A stretch of DNA of 63,081 bases, filler included, from Deltaproteobacteria bacterium (GTDB lineage Bacteria; JAUYMQ01), in NCBI GenBank assembly GCA_030698575.1. It is 9 parts of 9 records of this genome, joined end to end, with 100 filler letters (N's around TTAATTAATTAA, not from the genome) between each part and the next. Parts side by side here need not be neighbours in the genome. Positions count along the whole stretch, not along the records: positions 17,321 to 30,375 come from JAUYMQ010000055.1; 8 more parts are not named here. One strand, 5' to 3'. Below are positions 19,999 through 29,195 of this stretch, in pieces. The position numbers and the translations under genes are program-made. Numbering within the stretch: position 1 is the first letter of the stretch; each line of letters opens with the position of its first letter. Below the pieces are notes generated by a model, which saw nothing but the letters and a program-made list of their open reading frames with translations, made no database searches and had not been told where the DNA came from.

Positions 19999-21059
19999 TG
20001 CAGATCACACGCGGCAAGGTCCCCGGAGCGCAAAAGGCCACAATTTATGGCCCCGAAGGAATCGGTAAGTCGACTCTGGCGGCGAAGTTCCCGAACCCTC
20101 TGTTCATCGACACCGAGGGCAGCACAAAGCACATGGACGTGGCCAGGACGCCCAACCCCAGCAGCTGGGCGATGCTGTTGAGTCATGTTGCTTACGTCAA
20201 GGCCAACCCAACGGTCTGCGACACCCTCATCATCGACACGGCGGATTGGGCAGAGACGTTGTGCATCGCACATATCTGCGCCGAGAGGCAGTGGAAGAGC
20301 ATCGAGGACGCTGGTTACGGGAAGGGATACACCTACCTAGAAGAGACCTTCGGCAAGCTGCTCAACATCCTGAACGACGTGATTGAGTGCGGTATTCACG
20401 TCGTGTTCACGGCCCACGCGCAGATGCGCAAGTTCGAGCAGCCCGATGAGGCTGGGGCGTATGACCGGTGGGAGATGAAGCTGGAGAAAAAGATCGCGGC
20501 GCTCATCAAAGAGTGGGCTGACATGGTGCTGTTCGCCGGCTATCAGACTTACGTGGTCAACGTCGACGGCCAAGGCGTCGAGAAGGGTAAGAACAAGGCC
20601 CGCGGCGGCAAGCGGATCGTTTACACGCAGCATCACCCTTGCTGGGATGCTAAGAACCGGCATGACCTCCCCGCCGAGCTGGATCTGGACTTCGCGGGAA
20701 TAGCGCATTGCTTTCCGCTCCGGTCGGTGCCGGCTACCAAGGTTCCGGCGGTCAATGTGGCAGCAGATCCATCGAAGCCGGCTGATCCAACACCAGCTCG
20801 CATCGAAGAGCCCACATTGCCCACTGCTGCGCCCCCAGCAACGGACGGTCTGGAAGCCCAAGGCGTCCCCCGACCTCTCGCCGACCTCATGCTTGCAGAC
20901 GGCGTATCTGTCGCCGAGATTCAAGAGGTAGTCGCCGAAAAGGGCTACTTCCCTGCTGATACGCCGTTCGCCAACTACCCCAAGGATTTCGTCGAGGGCG
21001 TGTTGATCGCGGCATGGCCGCAAGTGTCGGCGGCGATCAAAGAGCTGGTTCCGTTCTAG
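19998..21059 (+). CDS. AAA_24 phage NTP-binding protein (Sak4-like)
   Basis: YGPEGIGKST, FIDTEGS, GYGKGY and WDAKNR motifs. Confidence 0.88.
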   Translation: MQITRGKVPGAQKATIYGPEGIGKSTLAAKFPNPLFIDTEGSTKHMDVARTPNPSSWAMLLSHVAYVKANPTVCDTLIIDTADWAETLCIAHICAERQWKSIEDAGYGKGYTYLEETFGKLLNILNDVIECGIHVVFTAHAQMRKFEQPDEAGAYDRWEMKLEKKIAALIKEWADMVLFAGYQTYVVNVDGQGVEKGKNKARGGKRIVYTQHHPCWDAKNRHDLPAELDLDFAGIAHCFPLRSVPATKVPAVNVAADPSKPADPTPARIEEPTLPTAAPPATDGLEAQGVPRPLADLMLADGVSVAEIQEVVAEKGYFPADTPFANYPKDFVEGVLIAAWPQVSAAIKELVPF

Positions 21060-21092
21060 GAGTCACACATCCAAGGGAGGCGTCTAACGCGC

Positions 21093-21554
21093 ATGGCTGA
21101 TCAAGGGCACGAACTGGGATGGGACAGCTCAATTGAGAACGACGGCTCTGATTTTGTCGTATTGCCCGAGGGAGATTACGACTTCGAGGTAGTCGACTTC
21201 GAGAGAGCCCGACACCCCGGCAGCGAGAAGTTGCCGCCATGCAACAAGGCCGTCGTACACATCCAGATCAAGGGCCAAGAGGGCGCGTCTACGATCCGGC
21301 ACAACCTCTTCCTCCACTCGATTACAGAGGGCATGCTCTGTGCCTTCTTCACGGGCATCGGCCAACGGAAAAAGGGTCAGAAAGTCACGATGAACTGGAA
21401 TGCAGTCGTTGGCGCCCGGGGGCGTGCCAAGGTCGGGATCCGGAAGTGGACCAATGATTCCGGTGAAGAGAAGGTGTTCAACGAGATCAAGCGCTTCTAT
21501 GAACCGGAGGCAAAGGCGCAGCAGCAGCCGTCGTATCAGGCGGGGAATTTCTGA
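21093..21554 (+). CDS. DUF669-type single-stranded DNA-binding protein
   Basis: FVVLPEGDYDFEV...NEIKRF; position between AAA_24 and the helicase. Confidence 0.8.
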   Translation: MADQGHELGWDSSIENDGSDFVVLPEGDYDFEVVDFERARHPGSEKLPPCNKAVVHIQIKGQEGASTIRHNLFLHSITEGMLCAFFTGIGQRKKGQKVTMNWNAVVGARGRAKVGIRKWTNDSGEEKVFNEIKRFYEPEAKAQQQPSYQAGNF

Positions 21555-23173
21555 TGGCGACCGCCACGATGGATCTCCGTCCGTATCAGGTCGAGAGCAA
21601 AAATGCCATCCAAGCGGAGTGGGCAAAGGGGAACCGCCGAACTTTACTCGTCTTGCCAACCGGCACGGGAAAAACCATCGTCTTCTCCAAGCTGGCCGAA
21701 GACTGCGTTCGTGATGGTGAGCGGGTTTTGATACTCGCTCACCGGGGCGAACTCCTTGAGCAAGCGGCCGATAAGTTGAACCAGGCCACTGGGCTGGGTT
21801 GTGCTGTCGAGAAGGCCGAGGAGACCTGCCTTGACAGCTGGTTTCGGGTTGTCGTCGGCTCGGTGCAATCCATGATGCGAGAAGGCCGCCTGGCCCGGTT
21901 CGACCCGGAGTACTTCGGAACGATCATCGTGGACGAAGCTCACCACGTTCTCTCGGAAAGCTATCAACGTGTGCTGCGCCATTTTGATGGCGCCAAGGTC
22001 CTGGGGGTAACAGCGACCAGCGACCGCGGCGACATGCGCAACCTGGGCGAGTATTTCGAGAGCCTGGCTTACGAGTACACGCTTCCCAAGGCGATCCGGG
22101 AAGGGTATCTGTGTCCGATCAAGGCGCAGACCATCCCGCTCCGGCTGGACCTGACCAGCGTGGGTGTGCAGGCCGGAGATTTCAAGACGTCCGATTTGGG
22201 ATCGGCCCTCGATCCTTACCTTCATCAGATCGCAGAAGAGATGGCCGAGCATTGCTTGGATCGGCGCACTCTCGTGTTTCTGCCGCTCATCGCCACGAGC
22301 CAGAAGTTCCAGACCATCCTTGCCGCCAAGGGCTTCCGGGCCGTCGAGTGCAACGGCGAAAGCCGGGATCGTTCGGAGGTTCTGCGTGACTTTGCAGGCG
22401 GCAAATACGACGTTCTCACGAACTCGGCCTTGCTCACCGAGGGTTACGACTGCCCGCCCATAGACTGCATTGTGGTTCTCCGGCCTACCAAAATCAGAAG
22501 CTACTATTCCCAGATGGTGGGCCGCGGGACCCGACTCTATCCCGGCAAAGACCATCTCCTTCTCCTGGACTTCCTCTGGCACACGGAGCGCCACGAGCTC
22601 TGCCACCCCGCCCACCTCATCTGCGAGTCAGATGATGTGGCGCAAAAAATGACGGCCAACATTGAGGAGTCCGGCTGCCCGGTAGACATCGAGCAAGCCG
22701 AGAGGGAAGCGTCAGAAGATGTGGTCGAAGCCAGGGAGCAGGCCCTCGCCCAGAAACTCTCCGAGATGAAGCGGCGCAAGCGGGCCCTGGTCGATCCGCT
22801 GCAATTCGAGATGTCCATTCAGGCCGAGGACCTCGCCGGGTATGTGCCGAGCTTCGGTTGGGAGATGGGGCCACCCACAGAAAAGCAAGTGGGCGCTCTT
22901 GAAAAGGCGGGCATCTTGCCGGACGAAGTCGAGAGTGCCGGGAAGGCGTCAAAGATCCTCGATCGGCTGAGCATACGCCGCATAGAAGGGCTGACCACAC
23001 CGAAGCAGATTCGCTTCCTCGAGGGACGGGGGTTCGAGCATGTGGGCCAGTGGCGGTTCGAGTCGGCCAAGGGTTTGATCGACCGGATTGCCTCCAACGG
23101 CTGGCGCGTGCCGCGAGACATTGATCCATCCAAGTACACGCCAGCTGAGCCAGCGGAGGCGTGGCCCGCATGA
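21554..23173 (+). CDS. SF2 DEAD/DEAH helicase
   Basis: LRPYQ, PTGTGKT, DEAHH, TAT and QMVGRGTR motifs. Confidence 0.93.
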   Translation: MATATMDLRPYQVESKNAIQAEWAKGNRRTLLVLPTGTGKTIVFSKLAEDCVRDGERVLILAHRGELLEQAADKLNQATGLGCAVEKAEETCLDSWFRVVVGSVQSMMREGRLARFDPEYFGTIIVDEAHHVLSESYQRVLRHFDGAKVLGVTATSDRGDMRNLGEYFESLAYEYTLPKAIREGYLCPIKAQTIPLRLDLTSVGVQAGDFKTSDLGSALDPYLHQIAEEMAEHCLDRRTLVFLPLIATSQKFQTILAAKGFRAVECNGESRDRSEVLRDFAGGKYDVLTNSALLTEGYDCPPIDCIVVLRPTKIRSYYSQMVGRGTRLYPGKDHLLLLDFLWHTERHELCHPAHLICESDDVAQKMTANIEESGCPVDIEQAEREASEDVVEAREQALAQKLSEMKRRKRALVDPLQFEMSIQAEDLAGYVPSFGWEMGPPTEKQVGALEKAGILPDEVESAGKASKILDRLSIRRIEGLTTPKQIRFLEGRGFEHVGQWRFESAKGLIDRIASNGWRVPRDIDPSKYTPAEPAEAWPA

Positions 23174-25386
23174 ACGGCAACGGCAAGCTCGACCTGGGAA
23201 TTCTAAGTCACATCGACCCGTCCGCTCTCCATTATCAGGAGTGGCTCTCCGTCGGCATGGTCCTCAAAGACCAGGGCTACACGGCGTCCCAGTGGGATGC
23301 GTGGAGTCAACGCGACTCGGGCCGATACAAGGCGGGCGAGTGCTATCGCAAATGGGATGGGTTCCACGGGTCGAGCAACCCGGTCACCGCGGCGACCATC
23401 GTCCAACTAGCCAAAGAGCAGGGGTGGATGCCCCAAAGCGGCGCAGATGCCTATGAACTCGAATGGGATGCGGTCATTGGCTCGAAGGACGAGAAGGTGA
23501 TCATCGACCGCAACTGGATCGAGGGCGTCGAGGTCGTCGAGCCGGACGAATGGGACCCCATCGGGCAGTTGGTTACGTACCTGGAGACGCTGTTCGAGGC
23601 GGGCGAGAATGTCGGCTACGTCACAGAAAGCTGGGAAAAAGACGGGAAATATCTGCCGAGCAAGGGGGCCTGGGACCGTACCGCCGGCGAGCTGATTCAA
23701 GCGCTTGCCGGGTGCAAAGGGGACATCGGTGCTGTCATAGGCGACATCAAGCCCGAAGTCGGCGCTTGGATCCGTTTCAACCCGCTTGACGGCAAGGGCG
23801 TCAAGAACGAAAACGTCACGGACTACCGATACGCCCTGGTCGAGTCGGACGACACGGACGTCGATCGGCAACACGCCATCATCAAGGCGCTGGAGTTGCC
23901 CGCGGCATGTTTGGTCCATTCAGGCGGCAAGAGTCTCCATGCCATCGTCAAGATCGAGGCAGCGACCTATGAAGAGTACCGCAAACGTGTTGACTACCTA
24001 TACAATGTCTGCAGCAAGAACGGACTCAAGATCGACTCTCAGAACCGCAACCCTTCGCGCCTCTCGCGGATGCCGGGTGTCATGCGGAACGGTCGCAAAC
24101 AATTTCTCGTCGGCGTCAACACCGGGAGGGGGTCGTGGGCGGAGTGGTACGAATGGATCGAGGGCGTCAATGACGATCTCCCAGAGCCCGAAGCGCTCGC
24201 GTCGGTATGGGATAAGCTACCCGATCTTTCGCCACCTCTCATCGCCGGGGTACTCCGCCAAGGTCACAAGATGCTTCTGGCAGGGCCGTCCAAGGCCGGC
24301 AAGTCCTATGCCCTAATCGAACTGTGCATCGCCATCGCCGAGGGGCGCAAATGGCTGGACTGGATCTGTGCCCAAGGCAAAGCGATGTACGTCAATCTTG
24401 AGCTGGACCGGGCCAGCTGCCTGCATCGGTTCAAAGACGTGTACGGCGCACTGGGGTGGGATCCGGCTAACCTCGCCAACATCGACATTTGGAACCTTCG
24501 GGGCAAAGCCGTTCCCATGGACCGCCTGGCACCGAAGCTCATTCGCCGGGCCCAGAAGAAGAACTACATCGCCATCGTCATTGACCCCATTTACAAAGTC
24601 ATCACGGGCGACGAGAACAGCGCCGACCAGATGGCCAACTTCTGCAACCAATTCGATCGGGTGTGCGCCGAACTCGGGGCGGCTGTGATCTACTGCCACC
24701 ACCACTCCAAGGGCCAACAGGGCGGGAAGCGCAGCATGGATCGGGCTTCGGGGTCCGGCGTATTCGCCCGTGACCCCGACACCTTGCTGGACCTGATCGA
24801 GCTGGACCTGACCGAAGACATTATCAAGCAGCAGCAAAACAACGCTGTATGCAAAGCCGCCATGGCGTTGCTGGAGGAGCACGGCAAGGCGGGCGAGGTG
24901 TCACAGGACGACGCCTGCAGCCAGAGGGCCGTGCTGGAGGCGTGCAAGCGGCTCCTGGACCCCAACACCCTCCAGACGTTCGCAAGGGCCATTGATGGCA
25001 TCAGGGACGCCGCTGCGTTGCGGTCGGCGTGGCGCATCGATGGCACCCTGCGGGAGTTCCCGAAGTTCGCGCCGGTAGACGTCTGGTTCGACTATCCCAT
25101 TCACCGGACGGACGCCGCTGGCGCTCTCAAAGACGCGGAGGCCGAGGGGGAAGGGCCCGCATGGAAACGGGCAATCAAGAGACGAAAACCCAAAGAGTCG
25201 AAGGCCGCGGAGCGCAAACGAGCGGTCGAAGTGGCCTATGAAGCGTGCGGGATCGAGGGGGAAATCACCGTCGAAGCCATCGCGGAGTACATGGGCGTGA
25301 CAACCAAGACAGTGAAAAACAGGATAAAGGAACACGGCGGATTCGAGATCGACGGCAATGTCGTAGGAAAGAAAAAAACGTCCTGA
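23170..25386 (+). CDS. Phage primase-helicase (PriCT-like N-terminus, primase, AAA_25)
   Basis: YQEWLSVGMVL, HSGGKSLH, SRLSRMPG, GPSKAGKS and IDPIYK motifs. Confidence 0.9.
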   Translation: MNGNGKLDLGILSHIDPSALHYQEWLSVGMVLKDQGYTASQWDAWSQRDSGRYKAGECYRKWDGFHGSSNPVTAATIVQLAKEQGWMPQSGADAYELEWDAVIGSKDEKVIIDRNWIEGVEVVEPDEWDPIGQLVTYLETLFEAGENVGYVTESWEKDGKYLPSKGAWDRTAGELIQALAGCKGDIGAVIGDIKPEVGAWIRFNPLDGKGVKNENVTDYRYALVESDDTDVDRQHAIIKALELPAACLVHSGGKSLHAIVKIEAATYEEYRKRVDYLYNVCSKNGLKIDSQNRNPSRLSRMPGVMRNGRKQFLVGVNTGRGSWAEWYEWIEGVNDDLPEPEALASVWDKLPDLSPPLIAGVLRQGHKMLLAGPSKAGKSYALIELCIAIAEGRKWLDWICAQGKAMYVNLELDRASCLHRFKDVYGALGWDPANLANIDIWNLRGKAVPMDRLAPKLIRRAQKKNYIAIVIDPIYKVITGDENSADQMANFCNQFDRVCAELGAAVIYCHHHSKGQQGGKRSMDRASGSGVFARDPDTLLDLIELDLTEDIIKQQQNNAVCKAAMALLEEHGKAGEVSQDDACSQRAVLEACKRLLDPNTLQTFARAIDGIRDAAALRSAWRIDGTLREFPKFAPVDVWFDYPIHRTDAAGALKDAEAEGEGPAWKRAIKRRKPKESKAAERKRAVEVAYEACGIEGEITVEAIAEYMGVTTKTVKNRIKEHGGFEIDGNVVGKKKTS

Positions 25387-25623
25387 CGTTGTTTTCCTCG
25401 CACCTTGACAACTAAATACCCTGGCGGAAGAAAACATGATTTGCGTTTTCTTCCCTCGGGGAAATGAGGGAAGAAGAAAACACGATCTGCGTTTTCTTCT
25501 TCCAGGGAAACGAGAGAAAAACACGTTACTTTCCCTGCCTGCCCCGGGCCCCGGATGGAATTATATGGAACGGAATTGGAAGCAAAAAACGAGGGAAGAA
25601 AACACGATTTGCGTTTTCTTCCC
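25365..25623. repeat. Array of palindromic repeats GGAAGAAAAC-AYGATYTGC-GTTTTCTTCC (candidate replication origin)
   Basis: Clear copies at 25426-25454, 25469-25503 and 25593-25623; degenerate copies at 25365-25398 and 25504-25536. Confidence 0.85.
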
Positions 25624-25929
25624 AGGTGGAAGCAAACGTGCCACGCTGGGGTTTTGGCGTTTTCATCTCGCCGGCCCCGAATTGGAAATTCGCCGAAACA
25701 GGCTCTGCAAAGGGGTTTGGAGGTACATTGTGACGATGATCACAGGGAAGAAAAAAACACCTCTTAAAAGAGAACCCTTCGGTTTCCCTCGCTTCGCTCA
25801 CCCGTCACGGGGGAAAGAAAGCCGCCCGCTCTTGCGGGGCGGCGTCTTCCTTCCCCCAACCGTGACTAAGAAAATATTTCCAAACCAAAACCAGATGTAA
25901 AAATGTGGCATCAGGAGGACGGAAGAAAA

Positions 25930-26199
25930 ATGGACGGAGAGAGATTGAACGCCAATGGCAACAAAGCGTTTCTTGGTACGCATCGGAACCTCCAATGCGT
26001 TAGACAAATGCCCGAACTCCGGCACAAGGTTGGCGACGCGTTCGACATCAACAAAAGCGAAGTAGTGAAATGGCTGATCGAGCAACCAGAAGTCAGACAG
26101 TACATTTTCGACTTGGTCCGGGGCGGCGACAAGAGACGCGAACAGCTCATCGCCCACGATCCCGAGCGCGGCACATGGAAGGGCGTCGGCTCGACATGA
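25930..26199 (+). CDS. Phage hypothetical protein
   Basis: RBS AGGAGG upstream; coupled to RusA. Confidence 0.7.
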   Translation: MDGERLNANGNKAFLGTHRNLQCVRQMPELRHKVGDAFDINKSEVVKWLIEQPEVRQYIFDLVRGGDKRREQLIAHDPERGTWKGVGST

Positions 26200-26597
26200 G
26201 GCTGGAGTTCTTCGTCACCATGCGCCCGCCCACGACAACACACCAGACCCAAGCCGTGCGAGTGGCAAACGGCAAGCCAATGTTTTACGAACCGGCAGAA
26301 CTCAAAGCGGCCCGCGCCAAGCTCATTGCACATCTGGGCAAGCACACACCACCCGCGCCGTACACCGGCGCCGTGCGACTCGTCGTCAAGTGGTGTTTCC
26401 CGCTCACCGGCAAGCACAAGAACGGCGAGTACAAGACCACCCGTCCTGACGTTACCAACCTGCAGAAACTGCTCGAAGACGTTATGGCGGATCTGGGATT
26501 CTGGAGAGACGATGCCCTAATAGCCAGTGCCATCACGGAAAAGTTCTGGGCCAAGGTCCCCGGCATCTACATCGCTATCCAGGAGCTGGAACTGTGA
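26196..26597 (+). CDS. rusA: RusA-family Holliday junction resolvase
   Basis: TTRPDVTNLQKLLEDVM...FWRDDALI motif. Confidence 0.85.
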   Translation: MRLEFFVTMRPPTTTHQTQAVRVANGKPMFYEPAELKAARAKLIAHLGKHTPPAPYTGAVRLVVKWCFPLTGKHKNGEYKTTRPDVTNLQKLLEDVMADLGFWRDDALIASAITEKFWAKVPGIYIAIQELEL

Positions 26598-26612
26598 GGG
26601 GGGAGAGCGATC

Positions 26613-27158
26613 ATGCGCAACAAACACCCCGGCCCTTGCTACCGTTGTGGCGAGAATGTCGGCGCTGGCGAGGGACACTTCGAGCGACACAAAGGCGGTT
26701 GGCGACTACAACATGCTACCTGTGCAATCAAGTACCGAGGGACTGACAAAAACATGCCGGAGCGACCTGCCGTGAACCGCGCCGCATTGCAAACCGAACG
26801 GGTTGGCGATTCAAAGATCGTTCCTGATCCTCGACCAGAGTTAAAATACGACTCTGCCGAATGGACCCGGCTCCTCGCAAGGGTCGAGGCCTTCGACCCC
26901 ATGTGTGCCGGCGTGTTGCACGGGTTCCGGTGTGGCGGGCTCAGGCTCCATCGGGGCGGGAAAGGGTACACCCTGCGACCCGAGTTCGATCCGGCGACGT
27001 CGATCTGGGCCGATGAATCGGCGTACAAGGCAGACCGGGACGCATGGCTGGTGCCGCATACCGAGGTAATCATCACGGCGTTGAGGTGGCTCGGGAGTCC
27101 GGTCGAGGCCGCCGAGCACGCAGTTGCGACCGGAAACGTCACTGTGATTGTCGAGTAG
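26613..27158 (+). CDS. Phage hypothetical protein with N-terminal Zn-finger-like module
   Basis: CYRCG...HATC at the N-terminus; RBS GGAGAG. Confidence 0.7.
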   Translation: MRNKHPGPCYRCGENVGAGEGHFERHKGGWRLQHATCAIKYRGTDKNMPERPAVNRAALQTERVGDSKIVPDPRPELKYDSAEWTRLLARVEAFDPMCAGVLHGFRCGGLRLHRGGKGYTLRPEFDPATSIWADESAYKADRDAWLVPHTEVIITALRWLGSPVEAAEHAVATGNVTVIVE

Positions 27159-27171
27159 GGGAGGCGCGACG

Positions 27172-27684
27172 TTGGAGACAGATGCTGCAAAGGCCAGACA
27201 GACGATGGACAATGCTCTCTCCGAACACGCAGACGCCATCGCCAAGGCGGGAGTACCAACGGAGGCCGAGATGCGGGAAGCCGATGTTCCGTGGCCCGAA
27301 ACCGAGGAGGAGCTGCTCTCCTACATCCACGGCCTAGTGGATCGCCCGCACGACTACGGAACGTGTGCCTATGCCATGAGCATGGCAGCGACGGCGGCCT
27401 TTCGGTACGTCGCCAACCATCTGGGCACAAGTGGATTCCAGGCTAGCTGCGCCGACATGGATATTCTGCGGCGCACGAGGAGCTTCAAGTGGGGCAGACT
27501 TGTCGACTTCGAGAAGCTGCTCTACCCGCAGTATCTCAACAACGAGCATTTTCCGTCTCCGGGAGCGCTCATCTATGAGCACAGGGAAGAGCTCTCGAAG
27601 CGCGCGAAGGCGCTTCTGGAACAGTCAGATGGCATGGTTCATCCAGAGGTGTTGGCGCACTGGAGACTGTTGGCGGAAGCCTGA
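27172..27684 (+). CDS. Phage hypothetical protein
   Basis: TTG after GGGAGG; HDYGTCAYAM motif. Confidence 0.7.
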   Translation: METDAAKARQTMDNALSEHADAIAKAGVPTEAEMREADVPWPETEEELLSYIHGLVDRPHDYGTCAYAMSMAATAAFRYVANHLGTSGFQASCADMDILRRTRSFKWGRLVDFEKLLYPQYLNNEHFPSPGALIYEHREELSKRAKALLEQSDGMVHPEVLAHWRLLAEA

Positions 27685-27735
27685 TTCCTTCCCGCCCCCA
27701 CGCACCGGGGCGGACACCACGACCGGGAGGGATGC

Positions 27736-27940
27736 GATGGGAGCAGCATCGACAGGTGCATGGACGCACGGCGGCCCCATGCGGGCCGCGAGCCAGCCGG
27801 GGGCTATATCCCGGCACGTGCTCCGACGAGACATCCGGTGCAACTCCGGTACGGAGCGCCGGTGCCACGCAGTTGGCATGGAGGGACTAGCTGCTACATG
27901 AGCCTCCCATCTGCGGCCTGCCGGGAGCCGATCCCGGCAC
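27736..27940 (+). ncRNA. Candidate structured ncRNA upstream of tRNA-Asp
   Basis: Several hairpins, a T-loop-like arm and a long-range closing helix in a gap with no convincing ORF. Confidence 0.45.
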
Positions 27941-27942
27941 CT

Positions 27943-28018
27943 GGCCCCGTGGCTCAGTGGTGAGAGCGCCTGCCTGTCGAGCAGGATGCCGCGGTTTCGA
28001 TTACCGCCAGGGTCGCCA
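27943..28018 (+). tRNA. tRNA-Asp(GTC)
   Basis: Cloverleaf: GGCCCCG acceptor, GCTC/GAGC D arm, CCTGC-CTGTCGA-GCAGG anticodon arm, GCGGT-TTCGATT-ACCGC T arm, G73 and encoded CCA. Confidence 0.9.
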
Positions 28019-28041
28019 GGAATTGCGAAGGAGGGCTCGGG

Positions 28042-28449
28042 ATGCCTGTGGCGCGGGTTTGTGAGACGTGCGAAAAGCGGTTTTTCGTGAGGCCGTCAAA
28101 GGTCGCGGATGGAAGGGGGAAATTCTGCTCCCGCACATGCCAGGGCAAGGCTCATGCACACATCCTGATAGTCGGGGCAACAGGCAGCGGCAATCCCGCT
28201 TGGAAAGGCGGGGTGACACAAGACAATTACAGGTACACGAAGCGCTATAGGGAGCGGCATCCCGAAGCCAGACAAGCCCAGATAGCAGTGAGCGTGGCGC
28301 GGAGGTCTGGCCGATTGATACCTGGTCCTTGCGCGGATTGTGGTTCTGCGGATAACATCCACGCTCACCACGAGGACTACAGCAAGCCGCTGGACGTCGT
28401 GTGGTTGTGCGCAAGCTGCCACCGCGTGCGTCACGGAGCGACTTGCTGA
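28042..28449 (+). CDS. HNH endonuclease with N-terminal Zn finger
   Basis: CETC...FCSRTC and CADC...HAHHEDYSKPLDVVWLCASCH. Confidence 0.85.
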   Translation: MPVARVCETCEKRFFVRPSKVADGRGKFCSRTCQGKAHAHILIVGATGSGNPAWKGGVTQDNYRYTKRYRERHPEARQAQIAVSVARRSGRLIPGPCADCGSADNIHAHHEDYSKPLDVVWLCASCHRVRHGATC

Positions 28450-28490
28450 GGCTGCCACCAGCAAGAGCAAGCGAGAGGATGAGGACGAGA

Positions 28491-28748
28491 ATGGCAGAGC
28501 AAGCGACCACGACCTACGACGCGCTTTCGGCGATTGAGGCGCAACGGGAGTACGTGAAGCGGACGGGTTCGCCGAATTTCGCGCCGGCGGACGGTCGCTG
28601 TTACGACTGCCGCAGGAGCATCTACCGACGCATCGAGCACGCGGGGGGATGGGAAGGCAAGCCGTATGCGACCGGGCACACGGTGGAGGAGGCCGCCACG
28701 GAGCTGATAACCGGATGCCCGCACTGTAACTACAGCTTTTGCGAGTGA
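28491..28748 (+). CDS. Phage Cys-rich hypothetical protein
   Basis: FAPADGRCYDC...ITGCPHCNYSFCE. Confidence 0.75.
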   Translation: MAEQATTTYDALSAIEAQREYVKRTGSPNFAPADGRCYDCRRSIYRRIEHAGGWEGKPYATGHTVEEAATELITGCPHCNYSFCE

Positions 28749-28794
28749 GGGCGCGCCCAAGCACCGGCAAGACGAGGCGAGAGGAGCGAGGCAG

Positions 28795-29025
28795 ATGCTT
28801 CACGCTCGGGAGGACTACAACCGCATCCAGGACCCGGAAGGCAAGATCCCAGAAGGAGAGCCGGTTTTTCTCTTGCGGGCTCAAGACCAGGTCGCGGCAG
28901 AGGTTGTGCGCTTCTGGGCGCGACTCCATGAACTGCAGGGCGGAGACCCGGGGATGGTGCTCGTGGCACGGGAGCAGGCGGATCGCATGGACGCATGGCC
29001 ATGGAAAAAGCGTGCAGACATGTGA
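28795..29025 (+). CDS. Phage hypothetical protein
   Basis: EPVFLLRAQD motif; RBS upstream. Confidence 0.75.
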   Translation: MLHAREDYNRIQDPEGKIPEGEPVFLLRAQDQVAAEVVRFWARLHELQGGDPGMVLVAREQADRMDAWPWKKRADM

Positions 29026-29195
29026 CCCCACGGCGGACTGGTCCCCATCCGCCGACCAACGGGACCGCCACCCGCAAGCCCGGCTCCACCCCCCAACCCC
29101 CGTGGGGCTGGGCTTGCGGTGCCAGGGCCTCACGCCGGAGCCACCGCTGCCGCAGGAGGTTGCCCTGCCTCCTGCGGTGGGGGGGAGATGGAGGG

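Noticed and set aside
25365-25623. Palindromic repeats as a CRISPR array
   Set aside because: Repeat lengths vary, gaps between the clear copies are irregular (14 and 89 nt), and there are no cas genes
25436-25900. ORFs 25436-25900 and 25464-25733
   Set aside because: Their repeated peptides simply reflect the DNA palindromes; no convincing RBS or protein features
27686-27942. HDV-like (theta) ribozyme or tmRNA beside the tRNA
   Set aside because: I could not build the nested double pseudoknot, the element lies 5' of the tRNA, and there is no tmRNA-type end or tag frame
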